A stretch of DNA of 64,000 nucleotides from Streptomyces sp. GTDB taxonomy: Bacteria > Actinomycetota > Actinomycetes > Streptomycetales > Streptomycetaceae. Location of the stretch: assembly GCF_019510245.1 (NCBI RefSeq), contig NZ_JAEKKT010000203.1, positions 5,639 through 69,638 on the forward strand, read 5' to 3'. Position numbers and translations under genes: made by a program. A model generated the notes under the pieces. The model did no database searches. It was given only the letters and a program-made list of their open reading frames with translations, and was not told the DNA's origin. Of the stretch, positions 30,205 through 39,144 are shown one piece after another (the first letter of the stretch is position 1; every line of letters starts with the position of its first letter).

Positions 30205-30325
30205 GCCCGATCCTCTACCACTCCGGCCACGCGGACAGCCGGAACCTGCCGGGCGGAGCGCTGTGCGCAGGCCCGTTTCGGCCAACCGCGATGCCGCCCT
30301 CCCCGGCGGGGACGCCGGTGAACCC

Positions 30326-30431
30326 ACACGCCGACGGCCCCCGACCGTCTTGCCTGGTCAGGGGCCGTTCGCGTCATGCGGTGGGTGTGGGATTTGAACC
30401 CACGGTGACTCGCGCCACGACGGTTTTCAAG
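30326..30431 (-). repeat. att direct repeat: tRNA-Ser(TGA) 3' part plus terminator hairpin
   Basis: About 106-bp near-identical copy of 37214-37319; identity stops at the anticodon loop. Confidence 0.92.
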
Positions 30432-30499
30432 TCTTCTCCCGGCGCTTGAGCTGTGCTTTGGTCTCTTCCTGCACGATCTCGCTACAGGCAGTATGGCTA

Positions 30500-30835
30500 C
30501 GTGAGACAGGACCAGGGGGCGGACCGATTGACGGCAGCGCTTCGTGACTCGGACTCGGAATCGTGGTCTCGAAGAGCCGCGGCCGGCCGACAGCTTGCGG
30601 CGTGGGCCGAGCGGGAAGAGGTCGGCCCAATCATTGAGCGGCTCCTATTGGACGCCCACGACACCGCAGTTACGCAGGAGACGGCGCAGGCCTTGCTCGA
30701 ACGGAGGGAACTGGTCGGTCTGCGCGCGGTGCTGGCGGCGCTGTCGCGGGCTGAGGAGTGGTGGACCGCCGACCAGCTCGACGGCGAGGTGTTCGGCTAC
30801 CAGAGTTGGATGATCGCCGACGACCGGACGGACGA
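30500..30835 (+). pseudogene. Truncated helical (HEAT-like) hypothetical protein
   Basis: SWSRRAAAGRQLA..LLLDAHDTAVT...AQALL reads as real protein until about 30835, then becomes implausible. Confidence 0.5.
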
Positions 30836-30928
30836 GTCATCGGCTCACAGCACAACCACGGTTCTGGGGCCTTCATCGGCAGCGACCACTACGGCGACAT
30901 CAACATCAACACCCGAGACGGCCGATGA
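30836..30928 (+). pseudogene. 3' remnant of a gene ending in an amyloid-like motif
   Basis: VIGSQHNHGSGAFIGSDHYGDININTRDGR*, TGA overlapping the next ATG; no 5' coding part. Confidence 0.6.
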
Positions 30929-31671
30929 CCACCGACGACGCGGCACTTCCAGAACAACGCCACGTTCAGATCAACTCCGGCGACGGGGCCTTTGTCGGCC
31001 GCGACCACCACGGTGACATCAATATTCATCACGAGATCGACCCGCAGACCAGGGTCACGCTCACGAAAATTGGGAGGATCGCGCCTGGGCTGTCCCAGAT
31101 GCTCGAACAGGCCCTGCGAGACGGCGTCATCTCCCCTGAAACGGCAAGCCAGCTCTCCTTGGCCGCCCGGAGTATCAACGAGGACGTCGCCGGCCAGATC
31201 TCGCGCGCTTCCCGGAGTATCAACGAAGACGTCGCTGGCCTACTCGGACATGCAAGCGAGAGCATCAATGAAGACGTCGCCCACAAACTGAGTCTCGCCG
31301 CGGAACAGCTGTCCAGCGCCTCCAAGAAGCTCGACCTTGACAAGGTCGACCACATGGTCAGGCGCCTGGAAGGGCTTCTCGACCCCCAAGGCGGCAACAG
31401 TCTGCACAGGGTTGCCACCCGGCTGGAGGGCAGTCTGAGCGAGCTCAGCGAGGCAACGCACCGGGTTGGAAATCTGAAGGGACACAGCCCTCAGACGGGC
31501 AAGCTAGAGCAGGTGACCATGTCGCTCACTGAGATTGCGAGGCGCGTAGAGGCAAGGGTTACCCCACCCCCGCCGGTGGTTCTGCCCGACTGGGAAGGGC
31601 GCTGGCGTTGGCTTGGCATAGGCGTCATTCTTGGGATCGCCATATCGATCGTGGTCGCGACCTACTCGTAG
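30925..31671 (+). CDS. Membrane-anchored coiled-coil protein with N-terminal amyloid-like motif
   Basis: QINSGDGAFVGRDHHGDINIH, three SINEDVA repeats, C-terminal TM helix. Confidence 0.75.
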   Translation: MTTDDAALPEQRHVQINSGDGAFVGRDHHGDINIHHEIDPQTRVTLTKIGRIAPGLSQMLEQALRDGVISPETASQLSLAARSINEDVAGQISRASRSINEDVAGLLGHASESINEDVAHKLSLAAEQLSSASKKLDLDKVDHMVRRLEGLLDPQGGNSLHRVATRLEGSLSELSEATHRVGNLKGHSPQTGKLEQVTMSLTEIARRVEARVTPPPPVVLPDWEGRWRWLGIGVILGIAISIVVATYS

Positions 31672-31800
31672 CGCGAAGGGTCGTGACGGACTCACTTGTG
31701 GTCTCGATCACGGGATCCAAGTCGCTGGGAGAAACCTGGGAGAAGATCTTCTCCCGGAGACGCCCACCTGGGCAGGAGCAAGCACTCAGCCAGATCGCCA

Positions 31801-31948
31801 CCGTCTCAGTTTCCGTCTCATTCAGCGCCGTTCGCGAACGTTCAGACGGGACCGAAGCCTGTAGCCGCTCCGGCGACCAGCCGACCGTGAACGCAGGTGA
31901 ACGGCCCTGTACGGGCCTCGCAAGGCACCAACACAGTTGGAAAGCGTG
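31801..31948 (+). mobile_element. Possible att relic with tRNA-Ser(GGA)-like core
   Basis: CCGTCTCA direct repeats, then TTGGAAAGCGTG resembling a Ser(GGA) anticodon loop and 3' stem. Confidence 0.45.
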
Positions 31949-32322
31949 CACCTGCCATCAGCACAGGACAGGGGGGTGCGCGGTCGGCGCTGGCAGGTCA
32001 CTGCTTGGCCATCGACGAAGCCCAGCCGTCGGTTAGGTCCCGGACAAGTCTCCGGGCCGCCCCCAGACAGGCCAGGGATGCAACCATTCCCTTCAGAGCT
32101 GGAACCCCCGGAAGTCGACCGCGCGCCAGAGACCATAGCCGCCAGCACTGACAATTGACCCGACAGTGATCGACCGTCAGCTGTGGCCAGTTGGCTCCGC
32201 ACCACAACCGCACCAGATCTAGTGGGGAACCACGGGGAACCACGGTAAAGGCGGCCGAGCCCGATACGGCTCGATCCAGACCGTTCGCCCAGATCAGTGC
32301 GCGGCCCTGCGGCAAATGCTCG

Positions 32323-32370
32323 CAGCTTCCCAAGCTGAGCGCGCGAGTTCGATTCGCGTCACCCGCTCCA
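32323..32370 (+). pseudogene. tRNA-Gly(CCC) 3' fragment (att relic)
   Basis: CAGCTTCCCAAGCTG anticodon arm, GAGTTCGATTC T-loop, ACCCGCTCCA end, followed by a hairpin and T-tract. Confidence 0.8.
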
Positions 32371-32501
32371 TGGAGAAGGCCCAGGTCAGCAATCCGGGCC
32401 TTTTTGCTGTCCATCGTGTGGCGGGGCCGTCGGCTCCGGGAGCTGATGGGCTCCCGGAGCGGGGGGTCGATACGCGTAAAGCGGTTCCCGGCACCGTGCA
32501 G

Positions 32502-33224
32502 TCAGCTGCCCGAGAGCCAGTCCGCCAAGTCGTAGACGGCATGGCAGTAGGGGTCGTGGACGTCCTTGCGCATACGTTCCAGCTCGCCCAGCAGAAGTAC
32601 TGGGAGTGCACTGTGCACCGCTGTTACGCCGACCGTGACGGATCCTTTCTCGTCTTGGAGGGGGAGGTCGATGCCGAACGGGGGTGCGTCCTGTGATTCG
32701 GGGGTGTCCAGGTAGAGGCGGCACGTTGTCCGGTCGAGAAGGAGGAACCCGCGCAGGCGCAGTTCTGGGGGCTCTTCCGGCTCCGGCGGGAGGGAGAACG
32801 CAGCCGCTGCGGCATGCAGTGCGTCGGGCACCTTGAAACGCGGCTCGGCTACGAAGGCGTGAACAGGGGCGGATGCGTCGATCACAGGGATCCCGAAGGC
32901 GTCGCGCGGTGCCTCCTGGATCTCGCGTTCCGAGCGGTCCACCGCCACGCCGCGCAGGGCGGCTGCGATGTCCCCCGAGGGGATGTTTCCGCCCTGGGTG
33001 TCCGTGAGCGGCACGTCGAAAGCGACGGAGCTGTCGAGCCGCTGCCCGTCCCAGAGGACCACGCGGCCGACGCCGGGCCGGTCCGGGGAAGCCACCACAC
33101 CTCGGACGAGCCGGACTTCCGGTCCGAACGTGAAGGCCGTGACACGGCCCAGCATTTCGTGCGCCAGCTGCGCCTGCAGACCGGACAGGCCCGTCTCGTC
33201 CCATGCCATCGAGTGCTCCGTCAT
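32502..33224 (-). CDS. Hypothetical cytoplasmic protein, possible immunity partner
   Basis: 240-aa ORF whose ATG overlaps the upstream TGA (ATGA). Confidence 0.6.
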   Translation of the reverse strand: MTEHSMAWDETGLSGLQAQLAHEMLGRVTAFTFGPEVRLVRGVVASPDRPGVGRVVLWDGQRLDSSVAFDVPLTDTQGGNIPSGDIAAALRGVAVDRSEREIQEAPRDAFGIPVIDASAPVHAFVAEPRFKVPDALHAAAAAFSLPPEPEEPPELRLRGFLLLDRTTCRLYLDTPESQDAPPFGIDLPLQDEKGSVTVGVTAVHSALPVLLLGELERMRKDVHDPYCHAVYDLADWLSGS

Positions 33225-33949
33225 ACTCGGTTCAACGCGTCCGGGCACTTGTTGACACCCTGGCAGAACGCCGTGATCACGCCGATCTTGTCGTCGGTGT
33301 CGGCGAGCTTGTACTTGTGGTCGCTGGTCTCCCAGTGGTACTGCGCAATGACCTTGACCTTGGCGAGAATGATCCCAAGGGTGTCGTACAGCACCGCGCC
33401 GTACACCTTGCGGGTCTTCGTGCTTCCTCGCTCGGGATGCTGGTTGACCGCTGCCTTGATGACCTTCTCGCTGTGGATGTTGTGCGGTCCGGAGAAGTGG
33501 ACCCAGCCGAAGGACCGGTTTCCTTGACGGGTTGGGATGTAGCGCCCGTCCTCGTCATGGGCCACGAACTTCACCACGCTCCAGTGGTCGCTCGCGGCAT
33601 CGTCGTCTGCCGTCGCGTCGCTTTCCCTGATATCGGAGTCGGCCGCGGCGATGGCCTTGTCCGTGTCGTCCGCCGCGGTGGAGTCTGCCACGGAGTCCGA
33701 ATCGGCTACGGCCTCGTAAGTGAGCCCCTGCTGGGTTGCTTCGGCGGCTCCGAAGGTCTGGACATATTGCTCATCGGAAGCGAGGAAGAGCTGCCCCGCG
33801 TCTCCACTCGCCTCCGTGGAGCTGTCACCAGTGCTGGTCTGTACTTGGGTCGTGGGCTCGTCGGCGACACCGGAAGTGCCGGCCTACGCAGGGGCCGCTC
33901 CGAAAGTCACAGATCCGAGCAGCACAAACGAAGCCAGTTTGGCTTTCAC
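33221..33949 (-). pseudogene. Secreted putative nuclease/toxin with in-frame TAG in the signal peptide
   Basis: VKAKLASFVLLGSVTFGAAPA*AGTSG... is in frame with the 156-aa ORF; TAG at 33884-33886; FGWVHF...HNI and VITAFC motifs. Confidence 0.65.
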
Positions 33950-34208
33950 GCGTTCCCCCATGTTCCTGTGTTCTGATACGAGGCACCTTGGTGCCGAAGA
34001 AAAAATGCCGTGGTCAGCGGCATCGCGCTGGATCAACTTAGCTGTTGGACGTCAGGCCGATCCATACATTTGAGCGACTGTTGATCGCTCGGAGTCGTTC
34101 TCTCATGCGTGAGCTTCCGCAAGGGCACCTGCCCACCGGTGCTCGTACCTGGCTCCTGGGTGCCTATGGGTCGCCGCGCAGGGGCTCCCGCCGCCTTTGG
34201 CCGGACGG

Positions 34209-34351
34209 CGTGCCCATAGCGTGTCCATAAGGCCGGTCAGTCACGGTCAACAACGGCGCGATCCTGTGCTCCCGGGCCTCACGCCAGAGCACATATGCCC
34301 AGGCGCCAGAAGTGATCCGGCTCCCTAAGCGCCGTCGCTTCCCAAGCTGAG
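34209..34351 (+). mobile_element. Second tRNA-Gly(CCC)-type att relic
   Basis: CGTGCCCAT/CGTGTCCAT repeats, then GCTTCCCAAGCTGAG identical to 32325-32339. Confidence 0.55.
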
Positions 34352-34504
34352 GGCTCCGGCGCCCTGGTCACGCACCGGCCGTCGCGGCTTGCTCTGGCCG
34401 ACGGCATCGGCGGCGTGGCTGAGCCCGGTGGGGTGCAGCGAAACGTACGCGCGCCTGACCGGTCGGCGCAGCCGTTATCGTGGCTGACTTTCGTCGGCTG
34501 GGGT

Positions 34505-34903
34505 TCAGACGTGGGTCCGCCGAACGCCGGTGCACGCGATCAGCCTCGCGCCGTCTTCGGTCAGAAACAGCATGAACGCCCAGGAGCCATCAGCAGTTCT
34601 GATCTGCCCCAGGCGAACCAGCTGCTGATGCCTGCCGAGCAGTTCCACGGTGTGTGACAGGTTGGTGGTCTCGATGCCCCGGCGACGCGTGTGCCGCAGC
34701 CGGCGTCCATAGATAAGGGCGAGTGGTTCAGAAGCCGTAGTCTCGTCCCAGACCACGTGGGAACCACCGCAGCGCAGGGCAGCCGGAGCGGCCGCGGACG
34801 CCTCGTCATCGCCAACCAGCAGCCGTTCGAGTAGCTCCCGCTCCACGCCGCCACCCCCACCAGCATCCTGCTGTACAGCAACCGGATACAGCAACCACAG
34901 CAA
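34505..34903 (-). CDS. Hypothetical protein, start uncertain
   Basis: ORF with plausible globular composition inside the island. Confidence 0.4.
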   Translation of the reverse strand: MLWLLYPVAVQQDAGGGGGVERELLERLLVGDDEASAAAPAALRCGGSHVVWDETTASEPLALIYGRRLRHTRRRGIETTNLSHTVELLGRHQQLVRLGQIRTADGSWAFMLFLTEDGARLIACTGVRRTHV

Positions 34904-35091
34904 CCGGCCCTACCCGGTAGCGTCCCGTGGGGGCCGACGAGCGACCTGTATGACCGTCTCCGACCGATCTCTGCAGAGCTACGGATCAGAGCCCACTGAG
35001 TGAGACGACCCGGCACGGTCTCTAACGGGTCGTCTCACCTAGCTTTCGGTTCCATCTGCCCGGTCAGCAACAGAACTTCCGCACCGCGGCG

Positions 35092-35406
35092 TTATAAGTC
35101 GAAGTCAGCATTCGTGGCCGGTTCGATCGTGTGACCGCGTCCGCGACTCATGGCCACGCGCAGCACGTCCCGCAAAGCGCCGGCCAACTGTGCGGCGAGG
35201 AGGCTCAGTTCCTCCTCGTTCGCAGTGCCGTCATCCAGTACCGGAGCCGCTTGCTCCAGTAGTTCGGACGCCATGCCGAGTTGAATCGACTCGATGTGGT
35301 CCGCGAGGCGGGACATGAAGCCTTCCGAGTCATCGGTGTTCAGGTAGCAAGGCTTGCCCTCCGGCCCTACCCACGGAAGGAGCCTCAGCCCGCTGTGCGC
35401 CGTCAT
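35092..35406 (-). CDS. Small hypothetical protein of Streptomyces regulator-associated clusters
   Basis: LRLLPW.GPEGKPCYL..SRLAD.IE..QLGMA; AGGAG RBS. Confidence 0.7.
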   Translation of the reverse strand: MTAHSGLRLLPWVGPEGKPCYLNTDDSEGFMSRLADHIESIQLGMASELLEQAAPVLDDGTANEEELSLLAAQLAGALRDVLRVAMSRGRGHTIEPATNADFDL

Positions 35407-35459
35407 CTCTGCTCCTGCCTCTCGGTTGGATGTCGGCTGACCGCCGGTGTCCCCGGCGC

Positions 35460-35666
35460 TCACCGCTTTGACGCCCCAGGGGCGGATGGTGCGGATGTCG
35501 AGTGGCACGAGCAGTCACACGCTTCGTAGATCAGTGGGACGTCGACTGGTGCCGAAGCCGGAGAGGACTCTGCGCACTCGTGGTGCGTGCCGACGCGGCA
35601 GGCAGTTGAGCGGTATGGGGCGGCCGAAGAGTCCCGGTCGCCCGACTGCTGTTGCGGTGGCATCAA
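35460..35666 (-). CDS. Small Cys/His-rich hypothetical protein
   Basis: STACRVGTHHEC...CDCSCH; overlaps the upstream stop. Confidence 0.5.
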   Translation of the reverse strand: MMPPQQQSGDRDSSAAPYRSTACRVGTHHECAESSPASAPVDVPLIYEACDCSCHSTSAPSAPGASKR

Positions 35667-35974
35667 CCAACCCCCAGGAGGACGGACGTCACGGCGCGCG
35701 CATCACCGGCCAAGACAGCCACCGAGTGCTGTCGTACGCGCTTCTCCCACGCCAGCAAGTAAGGGCGGACAAGCGGGGTGTTCTCGCCCCTGAGCAAGTC
35801 GCGGTGGCCCGTCCGGCCGGAGACCACTCCCAGGGCGACCGTCGGCCCGTCAACAGGCGCGGAGGAAATGCAGGCAGCTGGCAGCCGCGGCGGCGGTAAG
35901 CAGCGGCGGTGCCTGCCCTTGGGGACGTACCGCGCCCTGGTGCGGGCGGCGGCGCGGCGGATACGGTTGAGCAC
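35663..35974 (-). CDS. Small hypothetical protein
   Basis: AGGAG RBS; P.GRHRR, LVRPYLLAWE. Confidence 0.6.
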   Translation of the reverse strand: MLNRIRRAAARTRARYVPKGRHRRCLPPPRLPAACISSAPVDGPTVALGVVSGRTGHRDLLRGENTPLVRPYLLAWEKRVRQHSVAVLAGDARAVTSVLLGVG

Positions 35975-35987
35975 GCTGAATCAGCTC

Positions 35988-36292
35988 CTATCGCTGATGG
36001 CTCGGTCCCCCGGCATCGCCCGCCGCGGGGACCGCTTTGCGTACGACCGCCCAGAGGGTGCGGCCGCTCAGGCTGGTGGCGTGGAGCCCGAACCGATCGG
36101 CTTCGGCCACCACCTCCAGGACCTCCCTCCACGACTCGGTGGAGGGAGGTCCTGTAACTCCGCTTCGACCGACGTGAAGCCGGCGCGTTCCTCCACGCGC
36201 GTGGGGAGCCCGACGGCGGACAGCCGGGCGGCGATGGCCGCCGCACTCACTCCCGAAGCGGGCACAGGGCAGCCTCCGTCACCAGCGATCAC
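35988..36292 (-). pseudogene. Frameshifted hypothetical gene
   Basis: AAAIAARLSAVGL..VEAE continues as ESWREVLEVVAEADRFGL...HQR* only after a -1 shift near 36157. Confidence 0.55.
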
Positions 36293-36301
36293 TTTCAGTG
36301 A

Positions 36302-36337
36302 AGCTAGTTAACTAGATTAGAGCTAGTGGACTAGATT
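36302..36337. promoter_or_regulatory. Tandem GntR operator sites
   Basis: AGCTAGTTAACTAGATT and AGCTAGTGGACTAGATT between divergent starts. Confidence 0.7.
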
Positions 36338-36343
36338 TTCCAC

Positions 36344-37099
36344 ATGTCTGAGCAGCCGCCTTATCTCCGCATCGCCGACGAACTCCGGCGGCGGATCGCG
36401 GAGCATGTGTGGGAGCCGGGGGATCGCCTTCCCTCCCGCGCGCAGATCGGCCAGGAGTGCGGCGTGGGCGAGAACGTCGTCCGCCGGGCGCAGGAACTGC
36501 TGATCTCACAGGGCGTGCTCGAAGGGCGAGCCGGATCGGGTACGTACGTCGCCGAGCCACGGCAACGCGTGCGGGTCGTCCGGTCCTCGGCGCGCGAGCA
36601 ACCCCACGGGTCGCCGTTCCGCGCGGACATGAAGGCCCTCGGCAACCAAGGGGACTGGGAGAGCCGGACCGACGCCAAGGTCCCCGCTCCCGCCGACATC
36701 GCCGCGCGGTTGGGCATCGCCGAAGGCGATCTGTGCGTGCGGACGGCGTACGAGTTCCTGGCCGACGGCAGGCCCGTGCAACTGTCCACCAGTTGGGAGC
36801 CCTACGACCTCACCGCCGGCACCCTCGTCGTCCTCCCCGAGGGCGGCCCGCACGCCGGGACAGGAGTCGTGAACCGCATGGCCGCCATCGGGATCACCGT
36901 CAGCCACGCCGTGGAGCAGCCCGAGCCCCGGCAGGCCACCGCCGAAGAAGCCTCGCTCCTCGGCATCCAGAAGGCCGCTCTCGTCACCCACATTCGGCGG
37001 ACCTACTACAGCGACCAGGGACGCCCCGTCGAGACCGCGGACATCATCGTGCCCGCCGCCCACTGCGAGATCGTCTACGAGATTCCCATCAGCCGGTAG
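36344..37099 (+). CDS. GntR/HutC-family regulator with UTRA domain (KorSA-like)
   Basis: YLRIADELRRRI..PGDRLPS..GSGTYV; RTYYSDQGRPVE. Confidence 0.92.
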   Translation: MSEQPPYLRIADELRRRIAEHVWEPGDRLPSRAQIGQECGVGENVVRRAQELLISQGVLEGRAGSGTYVAEPRQRVRVVRSSAREQPHGSPFRADMKALGNQGDWESRTDAKVPAPADIAARLGIAEGDLCVRTAYEFLADGRPVQLSTSWEPYDLTAGTLVVLPEGGPHAGTGVVNRMAAIGITVSHAVEQPEPRQATAEEASLLGIQKAALVTHIRRTYYSDQGRPVETADIIVPAAHCEIVYEIPISR

Positions 37100-37266
37100 G
37101 CGACAGCCCCCTCAGGCATGATCCAAGGCCCAGACGCCGTGCCCCGGTCGTGCCCCTCGCGTGCCCGATAGAGCGGGAAACCAAGGGGAACAACGGTGTC
37201 CGACGGGGAGCGGACACGCCAACGGCCCCCGACCGTCTCACCTGGTCAGGGGCCGTTCGCGTCACG

Positions 37267-37351
37267 CGGTGGGTGTGGGATTTGAACCCACGGTGACTCT
37301 CGCCACGACGGTTTTCAAGACCGTTCCCTTAGGCCGCTCGGGCAACCCACC
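37267..37351 (-). tRNA. tRNA-Ser(TGA)
   Basis: GGTGGGT acceptor, ACGGT-CT-TGA-AA-ACCGT anticodon arm, long variable arm, GGTTCAAATCC, G discriminator. Confidence 0.97.
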
Positions 37352-37411
37352 CCGCGCCGACGGAGATCGGCGCGGGGACCAGAGTAACCGGTTCCTGCGG
37401 GCGGGTGGGGG

Positions 37412-38887
37412 TCAGTTGTCGCCGACGCGGGAGCCGAGGGTGACGGTGACCGTGTGTTCGCTGCCGCCCCGCTTGTAGGTGATCTGGACCTTGTCGCCGG
37501 GCTTGTGGGTCCAGATCTCCCCGATCAGGGTCGGGCCGCTGTCGATCACCCTGTCGTCCAGCTTGGTGATGACGTCGCCGGGCTTGAGGCCGGCCTTGTC
37601 CGCGGGGCCGCCCGACTCCACCGCGGCGGAGCCGCTCGAGCCGGAGTCGGTGATCTGCGCGCCGGAGGTGCCGTCCTCCAGCGACACCGACGCGCCGATC
37701 TTGGCGTAGACCGGCTTGCCGGTCTTGATCAGCTGCTGGGCCACGTACTTGGCCTGGTTGATCGGGATGGCGAAGCCGAGGCCGATCGAGCCCGACTGCC
37801 CGGTGCTGCCCAGGCCGCCACTGGAGGCGGACTGGATCGCGGAGTTGATGCCGATCACCGCGCCGGAGGCGTCGAGCAGCGGGCCGCCGGAGTTGCCCGG
37901 GTTGATGGACGCGTCGGTCTGCAGGGCGCTCATGTACGACGCCTTGCTGGTGGAGCTGCCGTCGCTGGAGGCGACCGGGCGGTTCTTGGCGCTGATGATG
38001 CCGGTGGTGACCGTGTTGGACAGGCCGAAGGGAGCGCCGATCGCGATCGTCTCGTCGCCGACGGCCACCCTGTCGGAGTCGCCCAGGGCAAGCGGCTTCA
38101 GGTCCGACGGCGGGTTCTTGAGCTTGATCACCGCGACGTCGTAGCCCTGCGCGTGGCCGACGACCTCGGCGTCGTACTTCTTGCCGTCCGGGAACGTGGC
38201 GGTCAGCTTGCCGCCGTCGAGGGAGTCCGCGACCACGTGGTTGTTGGTGATGATGTGGCCCTGCTTGTCGAAGACGAAGCCGGTGCCGGTGCCGCCCTCT
38301 CCGTTGGTGCCCTCGGACTCGATGGTGACCGTGCTGGGCAGGGCGTTCTGGGCGACCGCAGCGATCGTGCCGGCGGCGCGCTTGACCTGGGTGGCGCCGC
38401 CGCTGGAGGTCGCGGAGATGGTCGTGGAGCCGCTGTCGTCGTTGTTCTTGGCCAGCGTGTAGCCGAGGCCGCCGCCGAGGCCGCCCGCGACCAGCGCGGC
38501 CACCAGGACGGCGGCGATCAGACCGCCGCGCCCGCTGCCCTTCTTCGGCGCGCGCTGCGGTTGCTGGAACGGCTGCTGCTGGTACTGCTGGTGCTGCTGG
38601 TCGTACGAGGAGCCCCAGCCGGCACCTGCGCCCGCGCCCGGGTCCGCGTAGGAGGGGGTCACGGGGGGCGGAGGCGGCCAGGAGGCGTCGGGTGCCTGCG
38701 GTGCGGTCCCATAAGGGTCGCCGGCGGGCGCACCGGGCGCGCTCTGGGGCGTCGGCGGGATCGGGGTGGTCGGCGCGTCCCCGCCGTCGGACGCGGCTGC
38801 CTGCGGCGAGGCAGCGGGAGACGACGGCGGCACAGGAGGTGCGGACGGGGCCGGGGGTACCGGGTTGCCCTCGTTCTCGGTGCTCAC
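37412..38887 (-). CDS. htrA: HtrA-like S1C serine protease with PDZ domain
   Basis: TNNHVV, DVAVIK, QTDASINPGNSGGPL, GLKPGDVI. Confidence 0.93.
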   Translation of the reverse strand: MSTENEGNPVPPAPSAPPVPPSSPAASPQAAASDGGDAPTTPIPPTPQSAPGAPAGDPYGTAPQAPDASWPPPPPVTPSYADPGAGAGAGWGSSYDQQHQQYQQQPFQQPQRAPKKGSGRGGLIAAVLVAALVAGGLGGGLGYTLAKNNDDSGSTTISATSSGGATQVKRAAGTIAAVAQNALPSTVTIESEGTNGEGGTGTGFVFDKQGHIITNNHVVADSLDGGKLTATFPDGKKYDAEVVGHAQGYDVAVIKLKNPPSDLKPLALGDSDRVAVGDETIAIGAPFGLSNTVTTGIISAKNRPVASSDGSSTSKASYMSALQTDASINPGNSGGPLLDASGAVIGINSAIQSASSGGLGSTGQSGSIGLGFAIPINQAKYVAQQLIKTGKPVYAKIGASVSLEDGTSGAQITDSGSSGSAAVESGGPADKAGLKPGDVITKLDDRVIDSGPTLIGEIWTHKPGDKVQITYKRGGSEHTVTVTLGSRVGDN

Positions 38888-39144
38888 AGCTTCTCTCCTC
38901 GGTCCACGGCTTTTCTTCTCGGTCGCACTCGGTCACGCTCTTTCACGCTTGCTGTCGGTCCGGCGCGATTCAGCTGTGCATGTGCTTTTGTATGCCGACA
39001 GCTTTTCCCACAGGCCGTCAGAGCACCATAAGCGGTGGCTGTGGGTACACGGACAACCTTTATATAGTGCTTGTCCGACAAAAGTTCTCTTTACCGGCAT
39101 CGGTGGTGCCCCCAGGTACCCCCGCACGGTGGCACCATGTCGCG

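Larger units (their letters stand above)
30432..37213. mobile_element. Degenerate genomic island integrated at tRNA-Ser(TGA); no integrase seen
   Basis: Flanking direct repeats, visibly lower GC, truncated ORFs, internal att relics, GntR regulator. Confidence 0.8.

Noticed and set aside
30379-30431. Second functional tRNA-Ser(TGA)
   Set aside because: Lacks the 5' half; it is the att duplication.
33884-33886. Pyrrolysine or programmed readthrough at the in-frame TAG
   Set aside because: No pyl genes or supporting signal seen; a nonsense mutation in a decaying island is simpler.
36117-36160. Programmed frameshift at a TTA codon followed by a hairpin
   Set aside because: A single lost G (GAG GTT to GAG TT) explains both the TTA and the shift; no slippery heptamer is present.
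30432-37213. Intact prophage or AICE
   Set aside because: No integrase, excisionase, Rep, TraB or virion genes recognised.
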